IMG/VR virus record: IMGVR_UViG_3300021255_000007
Reading direction: 5' to 3' (one strand)
Origin: a virus
Length of the DNA: 28,646 nucleotides
Shown: positions 1 to 8,117 of the stretch, piece by piece
Position numbering within the stretch: position 1 is the first letter of the stretch
Layout: every line of letters starts with the position of its first letter
The notes under the pieces: generated by a model
What the model was told of the DNA's origin: nothing
The model's database searches: none
The model's input: the letters and a program-made list of their open reading frames with translations, nothing else
Translations under genes and position numbers: made by a program

Positions 1-107
1 GACGAACAGAAGGCCCAGATGCAAACGGCCACGGGGTACGGACTCGATGAAGAGGAACGATATAGCGGTGCTGGTATCTCAGACGATGGTACTGGATCGG
101 TTTGGGG
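1..107. repeat. Left copy of a 107-bp terminal direct repeat (circular-closure overlap of the contig)
   Basis: Bases 1..107 match 28540..28646 base for base. The repeat lies inside an open reading frame, so it marks an arbitrary opening of a circular or terminally redundant assembly, not a physical end. Confidence 0.9.
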
Positions 108-129
108 TACAGTCACCCCAAGAAAATAG
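1..129 (+). CDS. Head-tail connector (gp6-like), C-terminal part; continuation of 28315..28646 across the circular junction
   Basis: The frame from ATG 28315 stays open through 28646 and, via the repeat, continues to TAG at 127..129. The joined product is 117 aa. Confidence 0.6.
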   Translation, partial: DEQKAQMQTATGYGLDEEERYSGAGISDDGTGSVWGTVTPRK

Positions 130-355
130 GAAAACGGTTTTCTGCCGCGTTCGCTCCGTCACCGTCAACGAGTTCTTCCAGTCCGGGCAACAGGGATATA
201 GGCCGGAGTACCGCATAGCCTTCCTGGCTGCGGAGTACGACGGGGAGCAGCTTATCTATTACAGAGACAAGCCTTACTCTGTGATCCGGGTCTATAACCT
301 CTCTGAGGACTATGTAGAGGTAACGGTGGAGGCGAGGGCAGGAAATGGCGCGTAA
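47..355 (+). CDS. Head closure / head-tail adaptor protein (SPP1 gp16-like class)
   Basis: 102-aa ORF sitting directly after the connector gene. The pattern 'NDIAVLV..D.FG.....KTVFCRVRSVT.NEF..' and 'Y.GE.L.YY..PYSVIRVY' resembles small neck proteins. The call rests on position and motifs only. Confidence 0.55.
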   Translation: MKRNDIAVLVSQTMVLDRFGVQSPQENRKTVFCRVRSVTVNEFFQSGQQGYRPEYRIAFLAAEYDGEQLIYYRDKPYSVIRVYNLSEDYVEVTVEARAGNGA

Positions 356-758
356 GTACAACCCCAACCGGGAAGAGATCCGCTGCGGCCTTGGTGAGTA
401 CCAAGCCGTTCTCAAAGACATCCTTGCGGAGTTTGGCGAGGAGGCGCGGGAGGCCGTGGTTGACGCGGTGGAAGAGACCGGTAAGCAACTCGTGAAGGAT
501 GTGAAAAAGGCAAGCCCCAAAAAGGGCGGACGGTATAAAGCCGGATGGCGCTGCGACGTAAAGGAGTGGCGCACGGATGCCCTTGCGACGGTCTACAACA
601 AGGACGCCTATCAGCTTACTCACCTCCTGGAGTTTGGGCACGCACTGTATATCGGTGGCCGCCATGTTGGCGAAGTGCCGCCGAAGGTGCACATGGCACC
701 GGTGCAGGACGAGGCCGGGGACGTTTTTGCGCGAAAGCTGAGGGAGATCATGACATGA
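345..758 (+). CDS. HK97 gp10-family neck / tail-attachment protein
   Basis: 137 aa with the hallmark 'THLLEFGH' motif. It lies between the head closure and tail genes and overlaps its neighbours by a few nt. Confidence 0.7.
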   Translation: MARKYNPNREEIRCGLGEYQAVLKDILAEFGEEAREAVVDAVEETGKQLVKDVKKASPKKGGRYKAGWRCDVKEWRTDALATVYNKDAYQLTHLLEFGHALYIGGRHVGEVPPKVHMAPVQDEAGDVFARKLREIMT

Positions 759-1090
759 CTTACCAGGATGTATATGAAGGCCTGAAACTTGCCGGCCTGC
801 CAATCACCTATTACCAGTGGCAGAAAGGCAGCGCACCGCCGCCGCCCTATCTGATTTACTACTATCCGCAGCGGAACGACGTATATGCGGATAACGGCAA
901 CTATCAACGAGTTGAAAGCCTTAACATAGAGCTCTACACAGCAAATAAGGACTTCGAAAAGGAGACCGCTGTGGAGGCGATCCTTGCAGGGCTCGATCTT
1001 GTTTACGAGAAAGAAGAGCAGTTTATAGAGTCGGAAGGGCTCTATGAATGCCTTTATGTAACGGAGGTTATCATCAATGCCGAAGATTAA
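755..1090 (+). CDS. Tail terminator / tail completion-like neck protein
   Basis: ATG at 755 overlaps the upstream stop (ATGA). 111 aa. The longer track ORF from 545 overlaps the gp10-like gene, so it was trimmed. The call is based on the position immediately before the major tail gene. Confidence 0.45.
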   Translation: MTYQDVYEGLKLAGLPITYYQWQKGSAPPPPYLIYYYPQRNDVYADNGNYQRVESLNIELYTANKDFEKETAVEAILAGLDLVYEKEEQFIESEGLYECLYVTEVIINAED

Positions 1091-1649
1091 GTATGGTCTT
1101 AAGAATTGCTATTACGCAAAGGCGACTATCTCCACCACCGACGGAAGCGCCACCTATGGCACTCCGAAGCCCTGGAAGGGCGCCGTGAACCTTTCCATGG
1201 ATCGGGAAGGAGATCAGGAAATCTTTTACGCGGACAATATCGCCTATTATGTGTCCGCGAACAACGGCGGCTATACGGGCTCCTTTGAGTCTGCGCTTAT
1301 CCCGGACGACTTCCGCACGGACATCCTTGGAGAGACCGCAGATACTAACGGGGTGCTCATCGAGACCGTGAACGCGGAGCCTGAGCACTTCGCTTTTCTC
1401 TTCCAGTTTGAGAACGACAACACGAACACGAAGCACGTGCTCTATAACTGTGTCGCTTCCCGTCCGTCCGTGTCCTCTCAGACCAAGGAGGCAACGGTGA
1501 CGCCTGTTACCGAGACGGTGGACATTATGGCTCTGCCGATCTATAACGCAACGCTGGATAAGGACATCGTTAAGGCCAAGACCGGCGAAACCACCAGCAC
1601 GGCGGCGGCAACGGCGTGGTTCACCACGGTCTACCAGCCGGCGGAGTAA
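1077..1649 (+). CDS. Major tail (tube) protein, phi13-like family
   Basis: 190 aa with N-terminus 'MPKIKYGLKNCYYA'. It sits directly upstream of the chaperone/tape-measure pair. The C-terminus is Thr/Ser/Ala-rich. Confidence 0.7.
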   Translation: MPKIKYGLKNCYYAKATISTTDGSATYGTPKPWKGAVNLSMDREGDQEIFYADNIAYYVSANNGGYTGSFESALIPDDFRTDILGETADTNGVLIETVNAEPEHFAFLFQFENDNTNTKHVLYNCVASRPSVSSQTKEATVTPVTETVDIMALPIYNATLDKDIVKAKTGETTSTAAATAWFTTVYQPAE

Positions 1650-1661
1650 AGGAGGAGAAGG

Positions 1662-2066
1662 TTGTACAAGGAGATAAAAGTAGGAGAGTTTGCGCTGCCG
1701 TTTAAGGCTTCCGCGCTCACTCCGGTACTCTACAAGCACGTCTTTGGTTATGACTGGCTTAAGATTTGCAGCCAGGCAGCCAAAGAGGCGGACAAGGCCG
1801 AACGGGAACGGAAGGAAGCGGAGGAACGTGGCGAAGTATGGGACGGCACAGAAGTCTCCAGCATTGCCGACCACATCCCGGAACTGGCCTATATCATGAC
1901 ACGGCAGGGCGAAGGCGCAGACGCTTCGAAGCTCTGCAAGGAAGACTATTACGCATGGCTTGACGTTCTGGAGCCGACCGACCTGCTTAAGGCCGCGCCG
2001 GATATACTGGGGCTGTACAACGCCCAGAAAACCACGTCAAGCGTGGCAAAAAAAAACAGAAGGTAA
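1662..2066 (+). CDS. Tail assembly chaperone (gpG-like, short form)
   Basis: TTG start after RBS AGGAGGAGAAGG. 134 aa, acidic, between the major tail and tape-measure genes. It ends just after an A9 run. Confidence 0.7.
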   Translation: MYKEIKVGEFALPFKASALTPVLYKHVFGYDWLKICSQAAKEADKAERERKEAEERGEVWDGTEVSSIADHIPELAYIMTRQGEGADASKLCKEDYYAWLDVLEPTDLLKAAPDILGLYNAQKTTSSVAKKNRR

Positions 2067-2242
2067 CAGAGCGGGAGTTTAACACCCAGCTCTATTTACT
2101 TCGAGCGTTGCAGGTGGGCCTTTCCCTCCGGGATCTGGACATGATAACAGAGGGAGAGGTGTACGACCTGGCAACGGAATCCAACAACGATAATTGTGAG
2201 TATTGCGAAATTGCAACGCAAGACGATTTCAATAGTTTCTAA
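1662..2242 (+). CDS. Tail assembly chaperone, -1 frameshift-extended (gpGT-like) form
   Basis: After the A9 run (2048..2056) the -1 frame is open from 2054 to TAA at 2240..2242. It encodes 'KQKVTEREFNTQLYLLRALQVGLSLRDLDMITEGEVYDL...DDFNSF'. There is no independent start or RBS in 2067..2253. Confidence 0.65.
2048..2056 (+). promoter_or_regulatory. Slippery A9 tract, putative -1 programmed ribosomal frameshift site
   Basis: 'gcAAAAAAAAAc' lies 8 nt before the zero-frame stop. This is the canonical position between the G and T parts of the tail chaperone genes. Confidence 0.6.
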
Positions 2243-2253
2243 GAGGTGACCAC

Positions 2254-4500
2254 ATGGCTACGAAGATTCGGGGCGTAACGATACAGATCAGCGCAGAGAC
2301 GACGAAGTTTACCACCGCGCTGAAAAAACTCAATAGTAGCCTGAGCGGGACACAAAAAGAGCTTAAGGACGTGGACAAGCTCCTTAAGCTGGATCCGACA
2401 AACACCGACCTCCTGAGGCAAAAGCAGGATCTCCTTAAGAAGGCAGTCCAGGACACAAAGGATAAACTCAAAGAAGAGAAGGCCCTGCTGGAACAGCTTA
2501 AGAGTGCAGACGACGGCACGACGGCAGCGCAGCAGCAGGCGCTCGAACGAGACATAGCGGAAACCGAGTCACAACTTAAGAGCCTCACAAAGGAATACCG
2601 CAATTTTGGCAGCGTGGCCGGTCAGCAAATTGCCGCCGTTGGCAAGAAGATGGAAGAAATCGGCGGCAAGATGACAGACGTAGGCATGGCCATGACCCAG
2701 AAGGTCACCGTTCCGATCGCTGCCGGATTTGGCGCTGCGGGTAAGCTCTACGCGGACTATGAGGCACAGATGGACAAGGTGCAGGCCATCTCAGGCGCAA
2801 CTGCGGAGGAAATGGAAGCACTGAGCGCCGCTACAAGAGAGTACGGTAAGAGTACAAAGTTTACGGCCACGGAGTCCGGGCAGGCCCTGGAGTACATGGC
2901 CATGGCCGGCTGGGAGCCTCAGGAGATGCTTGACGGCCTGGGCGGCGTCCTCAACCTGGCTATTGCATCCGGTGAGGATCTGGGAACAACTTCCGACATC
3001 GTTACCGATGCCTTGACCGCTCTGAAACTGGAGTCTAAGGACACAACGAAATTCGTTGATATCCTGGCGGCGGCAAGCGCAAACTCTAACACCAACGTTT
3101 CCATGCTTGGTGAGAGTTTCAAGTATGCGGCGCCGCTCATGGGTACGCTCTTCGAGGAGACCGGAACCCAGGCGGAAGATACCGCCATAGCTCTCGGCCT
3201 TATGGCCAACGCAGGTATAAAGGGAATCCAGGGCGGCACCTCCCTCCGGAGATTGCTGACCAACCTGGTTAAGCCTACCGACCAAGTGCAAAACGCCATG
3301 AATGACCTGGGCGTCACCCTCGCGGACGAGAACGGCAAGATGTACTCGTTCTACGACATCATGGTACAGCTTCGGGAAGGCTTTGACGGCCTCATGGTGC
3401 CGACGGAAGAATTTTCCGCCAGGATGGCGGAGCTGGATCAGCAATATGAAGATGGTCAGCTCACAGAATCAGAGTACGCGGCGGCACAGGACGAGCTTAT
3501 ATCAAGGACATACGGAGCGGAGGCCGCTGAGAAGGCAAGAACGGCGGCCATGCTGTCGGGCCAGACCGGCCTTTCTGGATTACTGGCCATCGTAAACGCC
3601 TCCCCCGAAGATTTTGCCGCACTGACTCAGGCGGTCTATGACTCGGAAGGCGCAGCGCAGGCAATGGCCGACACCATGGGCGACAACACACAGGGCGATG
3701 TTGCGCGGCTTATGTCCGCAATTCAGGAGCTTGGGCTTTCCATCATGGAGGGCCTTATGCCCTACGTCAGGGAGCTTATCCAGTGGGTGCAGTCGGTCGT
3801 TGACTGGTTCAATTCTCTTGACCAGGGCACCAAGGACATGATTGTAACTATTCTCCTGGCTGCGGCAGCACTAGGGCCGTTGATAGCCACAATCGGTACG
3901 GTGATCTCCGTGTGTGGCAAGGTGGCCGGGGCTATCTCCTTCCTCATGTCTCCTATCGGCATGGTCGTGGCTGCGGTAGGCGCTGCCATAGCAATAGGCA
4001 CGGCACTGGCCGCCAACTGGGACACAGTTAAGGCCAAGGCTTCGGAGCTTGGTCAGGGGATAAAGAACACTTTCGACAACATCAAGAGCACGATAAGCAA
4101 CGCGGTGGACAGGATCCGGGGACTCTTCAATTTTTCTTGGAGCTTTCCCAAGATCAAAATGCCGCACTTCTCTTGGACGTGGCAGAACCTTGGGGGTCTC
4201 GTGAGTATTCCCAAGATATCCGTGGACTGGTATGCGAAAGCCATGAAAAACGGCATGATCCTCAACTCCCCTACGATCTTCGGAGCGCAGGATGGGAAAC
4301 TCCTGGGAGCCGGTGAGGCCGGATCCGAGACAGTGGTAGGAACCAACAGCCTCATGCAGATGATAAGGAGCGCGGTAGGATCCTCCGGGCCGGTGATAAA
4401 CGTGTACGGGGCACAGGGTCAGGACGTGAGACAGCTCGCGGACATCGTGATGCAGAAAATGGAACACCGTGTACAGGTGAGAGAGGGGGCTTTGACATGA
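2254..4500 (+). CDS. Tail tape measure protein
   Basis: 748 aa. It has an N-terminal coiled coil, a TP901-type core ('KFTATESGQALEYMAMAGW') and Gly/Ala-rich hydrophobic segments ('AAAALGPLIATIGTVISV...'). Confidence 0.9.
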   Translation: MATKIRGVTIQISAETTKFTTALKKLNSSLSGTQKELKDVDKLLKLDPTNTDLLRQKQDLLKKAVQDTKDKLKEEKALLEQLKSADDGTTAAQQQALERDIAETESQLKSLTKEYRNFGSVAGQQIAAVGKKMEEIGGKMTDVGMAMTQKVTVPIAAGFGAAGKLYADYEAQMDKVQAISGATAEEMEALSAATREYGKSTKFTATESGQALEYMAMAGWEPQEMLDGLGGVLNLAIASGEDLGTTSDIVTDALTALKLESKDTTKFVDILAAASANSNTNVSMLGESFKYAAPLMGTLFEETGTQAEDTAIALGLMANAGIKGIQGGTSLRRLLTNLVKPTDQVQNAMNDLGVTLADENGKMYSFYDIMVQLREGFDGLMVPTEEFSARMAELDQQYEDGQLTESEYAAAQDELISRTYGAEAAEKARTAAMLSGQTGLSGLLAIVNASPEDFAALTQAVYDSEGAAQAMADTMGDNTQGDVARLMSAIQELGLSIMEGLMPYVRELIQWVQSVVDWFNSLDQGTKDMIVTILLAAAALGPLIATIGTVISVCGKVAGAISFLMSPIGMVVAAVGAAIAIGTALAANWDTVKAKASELGQGIKNTFDNIKSTISNAVDRIRGLFNFSWSFPKIKMPHFSWTWQNLGGLVSIPKISVDWYAKAMKNGMILNSPTIFGAQDGKLLGAGEAGSETVVGTNSLMQMIRSAVGSSGPVINVYGAQGQDVRQLADIVMQKMEHRVQVREGALT

Positions 4501-5204
4501 GGGGATCCTTTACTTTCAACGGTATAAACTCTCTGGACATGGGCCTCCAGATCGAAGGGGAACCGGAATACATCACCGGTTCCAAGATAGTAGAGCAGTA
4601 CAGCGTACCAGGACGGTCTGGTGCGCTGCTTTATGATACCGGGGCATATACCAACGCGGAGGCCGCTTATACCGTCTCGCTCGTGAAGAACGTAGAGAGC
4701 AAGCTTGCGTCCATAAGCTCATGGCTTGGCTCTCCGATAGGTTACGCACGGCTGGAGGACACCCAGGAAAGCAATTTTTTCAGGATGGCCTATTGCGACG
4801 AGCCTCTACAGTTTGAGAGAAAGTTGAAGCTCACCGGCAAGGGAATAATACACTTCAATTGCATGCCCCAGCGGTGGACAAAGAACGGCGATTTTTATAG
4901 GACGATTCCGAACGGCGGGGCACTGGTGAACGGGTACATGCCGGCGCGTCCGCTGATAGAGGTGACGGGCTCCGGTGCCGGTGTCCTCAACGTCGGCAGC
5001 ACGGTGGTAACCTTCTCCAATATACCGGACAAGCTGATTGTGGATTGTGAGAACTGCCTCGTCTACTGGGGAAATACAAACTACAGCGGCTTGGTAACGC
5101 TCTCCGGGTATGACTTCCCCGTTCTGGAGAAGGGCCAGACTAACTTTAGCTACAGCGGCGGAATCACAAAGATCAGCGTGAAACCGAGGTGGTGGACGTT
5201 ATGA
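4497..5204 (+). CDS. Distal tail protein (Dit, siphovirus tail component)
   Basis: ATGA overlap with the tape-measure stop. 235 aa with N-terminus 'MRGSFTFNGINSLDMGL', typical of phage tail family proteins after the TMP. Confidence 0.7.
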   Translation: MRGSFTFNGINSLDMGLQIEGEPEYITGSKIVEQYSVPGRSGALLYDTGAYTNAEAAYTVSLVKNVESKLASISSWLGSPIGYARLEDTQESNFFRMAYCDEPLQFERKLKLTGKGIIHFNCMPQRWTKNGDFYRTIPNGGALVNGYMPARPLIEVTGSGAGVLNVGSTVVTFSNIPDKLIVDCENCLVYWGNTNYSGLVTLSGYDFPVLEKGQTNFSYSGGITKISVKPRWWTL

Positions 5205-7483
5205 TACCTTGCTTATACGACAAAACGGCAACAGTTTTCTCCTCCCTGGGGAAGGGGATGCTGCGGAGCTGTACCAGTGCCATCGTGACCGAGGAGGTCA
5301 ACGGGATCTTCGAGCTGGAGCTTGAAATAGCAAAAGCGGATCCTCTGTATGGCGAGATCGAGGAGGGCAGCATCATCACGGCAATACCGTCCCCTTATCG
5401 AGGGCCGGAGCCTTTCCGGGTGTACAAGATCGAGAAGGCCATTGCAGGGGTTTCCACGGTATACGCCCACCATATCAGTTATGATCTGGCTGCCATCCCG
5501 GTGAAGCCTTTTATGGCTTCCAGTGCTGCGGCGGCCATGCAGGGACTCAGCGACAACGCGATGACTGATTGCCCTTTTACCTTCCTCACAACGAAGAGCA
5601 CAACGGCAAACTTCAATTTGGAGATCCCGCAGGCGATCCGCACCACGCTGGGCGGCGTAGAGGGCTCCATCCTGGACACCTATAGAGGTGAGTATGTTTT
5701 CGAGGGCCTGACCGTCACGCTGAAGCAGAACAGAGGGAGCAACCGTGGCTTCCAGGTGCGGTATAGAAAGAACCTCGTGGGCCTGACTGCGGAAGAAGAT
5801 TTTTCCGGAGTCGTTGACGGCATCCTTCCCTTTTGGACTGACGAAGAACAGGGAACGGTATACGGATCTATCCAGTGGAAGACCGGAAAGAGCTCCGGGC
5901 GTGTGGTGACGCACGACTACTCAGATGCCTACGAGGAAAAACCGACGGCGGCACAGCTCAACGCACGGGCGGCGCTCCTCGTAAACTCGTCCGGGTACGG
6001 CGAGCCGGATCTGAGCATCGAGGTGGATTTTATCAACCTGGAGCAAATGAGCGGCGGCGCCAGTCTCACCCAGTTGGAGCGGTGCGACCTTGGCGACACG
6101 GTTACCGTGATCGCGGAGCCAGTGGGCGTCACTAAGACGGCGGAAGTGGTGGCGATTGAGACAAACGTATTACTCGAAAAGTATAACAAGGTCACCATCG
6201 GAACCGTAAGAGCCGACATAGCCCAGACCATAGTAGAAAACCAGAAGGCAGCGGAGACCGGGATCAAGAACACGAAGAACTTCCTTGTCTCCGCACTGGA
6301 GGCGGCTACAGCACTGATAACCGGGGCAACGGGAGGAAACATAAAATACCTCTACAACGATGCCACGGGGCTGCCGTCCGCGATCCTTGCCATGGATACA
6401 GACGACACAGCCACGGCGCAGAACGTCCTAATTCTCAACTATCGGGGCTTTGGATTGTCCACAAATGGCATCAATGGGCCTTTTGACTATGCACTAACCG
6501 CAGAAAACGGCCTGAACGCGAGCCTCATTAAGGTGGGCATCCTCCAGGGCATCCGGGCGATCCTGGAGAGCGGCAGCGTCGGAGGCTGGGAGATCGCAAG
6601 CCGGTATATGTACAAGGACGTGGAAACGTCATCCGGAGACAAGTACCGCTTCTTCCTCCAGCCACCGGATGGCGTCCAAAATGTTTGGATGATTTCCGGA
6701 CAAATGTATAACCCGGATACTGGAAAGTATGAAGGAATTTGGCATATAAACGCAGACGGCAGCGCTTACCTGCCGGAAATCACGTCTGAGCTTATGGTTG
6801 ACCAGAAGCTCACGGCAGGCGGTGCGTTTGAAGCGATTGGAGCCGCGACCTTTGACTCCAGGGCGACTTTCAAGAACGGGCTTGATGTTACCGGCGGAAA
6901 CATGACCGTATCCAACGGGCTAGCAGCAAATCAGATTTTTTGTAACAACACTTTGTGGTTTAGGTGGGGCGGACAGGACACCGGGCGCATAGCTATGACA
7001 TCCGGGGATTATATGTATTTCGGAGGCACAGATGTAAACCGTTGGGTGTGTCTTGGGCAAGAAAGTTCCCACTGGGGTTTTTTCCCGTGGTCTGATACCT
7101 ATCTCGATCTGGGATTGTCCGGGAAGCGCTGGGACAACGTCTATGCCCAGACTGGGACGATACAGACCTCTGACAAGAGGCAGAAGAAGAGCATAAAGGC
7201 CCTGGGCCGTAAGGCTCTGGAATTCCTGGGCAATCTGAGGCCGGTGTCTTACCTCATGAAAAAAGGCACCTCAGGCCGCCGGCACTGGGGACTTATAGCG
7301 CAGGACGTCGAGATGGCAATGGCACTATCTGAGATGAACAGCATGGACTTCGCCGGCATCATCAAGGACGAAGAAGGCCGCTATGGTCTGAGATATGAGG
7401 AGTTTATAGCGCCGCTTATCCTGGCGGTGCAAGATCTCACGAAGCGCGTGGAGGCGCTGGAGGGAAAAAATGGTAATGGCTAA
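5201..7483 (+). CDS. Tail-associated lysin-like protein (Tal, prophage tail endopeptidase N-domain) with a C-terminal S74 intramolecular chaperone domain
   Basis: ATG 5201 overlaps the Dit stop (ATGA); the track's GTG start is at 5189. N-terminus 'MIPCLYDKTATVFSSLGKG...VTEEVNGIFELELE' is typical of Tal. The last ~107 aa (7160..7480), 'TSDKRQKK...GLIAQDVE...RYEEFIAPLILAVQDLTKRVEALE', match the Peptidase_S74 auto-cleaving chaperone pattern. Confidence 0.75.
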   Translation: MIPCLYDKTATVFSSLGKGMLRSCTSAIVTEEVNGIFELELEIAKADPLYGEIEEGSIITAIPSPYRGPEPFRVYKIEKAIAGVSTVYAHHISYDLAAIPVKPFMASSAAAAMQGLSDNAMTDCPFTFLTTKSTTANFNLEIPQAIRTTLGGVEGSILDTYRGEYVFEGLTVTLKQNRGSNRGFQVRYRKNLVGLTAEEDFSGVVDGILPFWTDEEQGTVYGSIQWKTGKSSGRVVTHDYSDAYEEKPTAAQLNARAALLVNSSGYGEPDLSIEVDFINLEQMSGGASLTQLERCDLGDTVTVIAEPVGVTKTAEVVAIETNVLLEKYNKVTIGTVRADIAQTIVENQKAAETGIKNTKNFLVSALEAATALITGATGGNIKYLYNDATGLPSAILAMDTDDTATAQNVLILNYRGFGLSTNGINGPFDYALTAENGLNASLIKVGILQGIRAILESGSVGGWEIASRYMYKDVETSSGDKYRFFLQPPDGVQNVWMISGQMYNPDTGKYEGIWHINADGSAYLPEITSELMVDQKLTAGGAFEAIGAATFDSRATFKNGLDVTGGNMTVSNGLAANQIFCNNTLWFRWGGQDTGRIAMTSGDYMYFGGTDVNRWVCLGQESSHWGFFPWSDTYLDLGLSGKRWDNVYAQTGTIQTSDKRQKKSIKALGRKALEFLGNLRPVSYLMKKGTSGRRHWGLIAQDVEMAMALSEMNSMDFAGIIKDEEGRYGLRYEEFIAPLILAVQDLTKRVEALEGKNGNG

Positions 7484-8117
7484 CTTTCCGGTGGGGAGCA
7501 AAAACCTCACCGTCTACGGGCTGTATCAGTACGACTATGGGCAGGTTCTGAGCGTTTACGGCCTGCCGCTCCCTGCGGTGGTGGAGTGTCAGATCAGCCT
7601 CCAGAGCGTCGGAGGTACCACCGAGAGCGTGGCCGGCGTGGTCGAGAATGACGTGCTCAGCGTGGACATACCTGACACCTATCTGGCTCAGGATGTAGAG
7701 ATGAACTACAACGTCTATGTCTTTATCTACGTCACCACGGAAGCCAGTGGCACAACGGTCTACAAGGTCACCCTGCCGGTTACTGCGAGGCCTATGCCTG
7801 AGGGCTATGTACCAGGAGAGACGTCACCTTTTGCAACCGTCATTGAAACGGTGACGGAGCTCATGGAGGAGGCCAAGGATGCGGCAACACTTTCGGAAAG
7901 TTACGCAGTTGGAGGCACCGGCACCAGAGCCGGCGAGGACTACGATAACAGTAAATACTATTCCGAGATGGCGCAACAGGCCGCCACCGGAGCAGGCTAT
8001 GTATCCTTCGAAATCGTTTACCCTGGCTATCTGCACATGTATCGCACGGATAACCTGGAAGATAGCCTTGATTTTGCCATCAATGAGGCCGGAGAGTTGG
8101 AGGTAGTAATGTCATGA
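7470..8117 (+). CDS. Tail fibre-associated structural protein (function unknown)
   Basis: RBS GGAGGG 5 nt upstream. 215 aa. It carries a 'YQYDYGQVL' N-terminal motif and a fibre-like 'SESYAVGGTGTRAGEDYDNSKYYSEMAQQAA' segment, and lies between Tal and the large fibre gene. Confidence 0.5.
   Translation: MVMANFPVGSKNLTVYGLYQYDYGQVLSVYGLPLPAVVECQISLQSVGGTTESVAGVVENDVLSVDIPDTYLAQDVEMNYNVYVFIYVTTEASGTTVYKVTLPVTARPMPEGYVPGETSPFATVIETVTELMEEAKDAATLSESYAVGGTGTRAGEDYDNSKYYSEMAQQAATGAGYVSFEIVYPGYLHMYRTDNLEDSLDFAINEAGELEVVMS

Noticed and set aside
1-107. The terminal repeat as physical direct terminal repeats of the virion DNA
   Set aside because: The repeat boundary falls in the middle of an ORF and far from the terminase/HNH region. 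That is more consistent with an assembly overlap of a circular or concatemeric template.
1074-1874. 266-aa minus-strand ORF antisense to the major tail and chaperone genes
   Set aside because: It is a shadow ORF in GC-rich DNA. It has Arg/Leu/Gly-rich low-complexity composition and no RBS. The + strand genes have clear family motifs and operon context.
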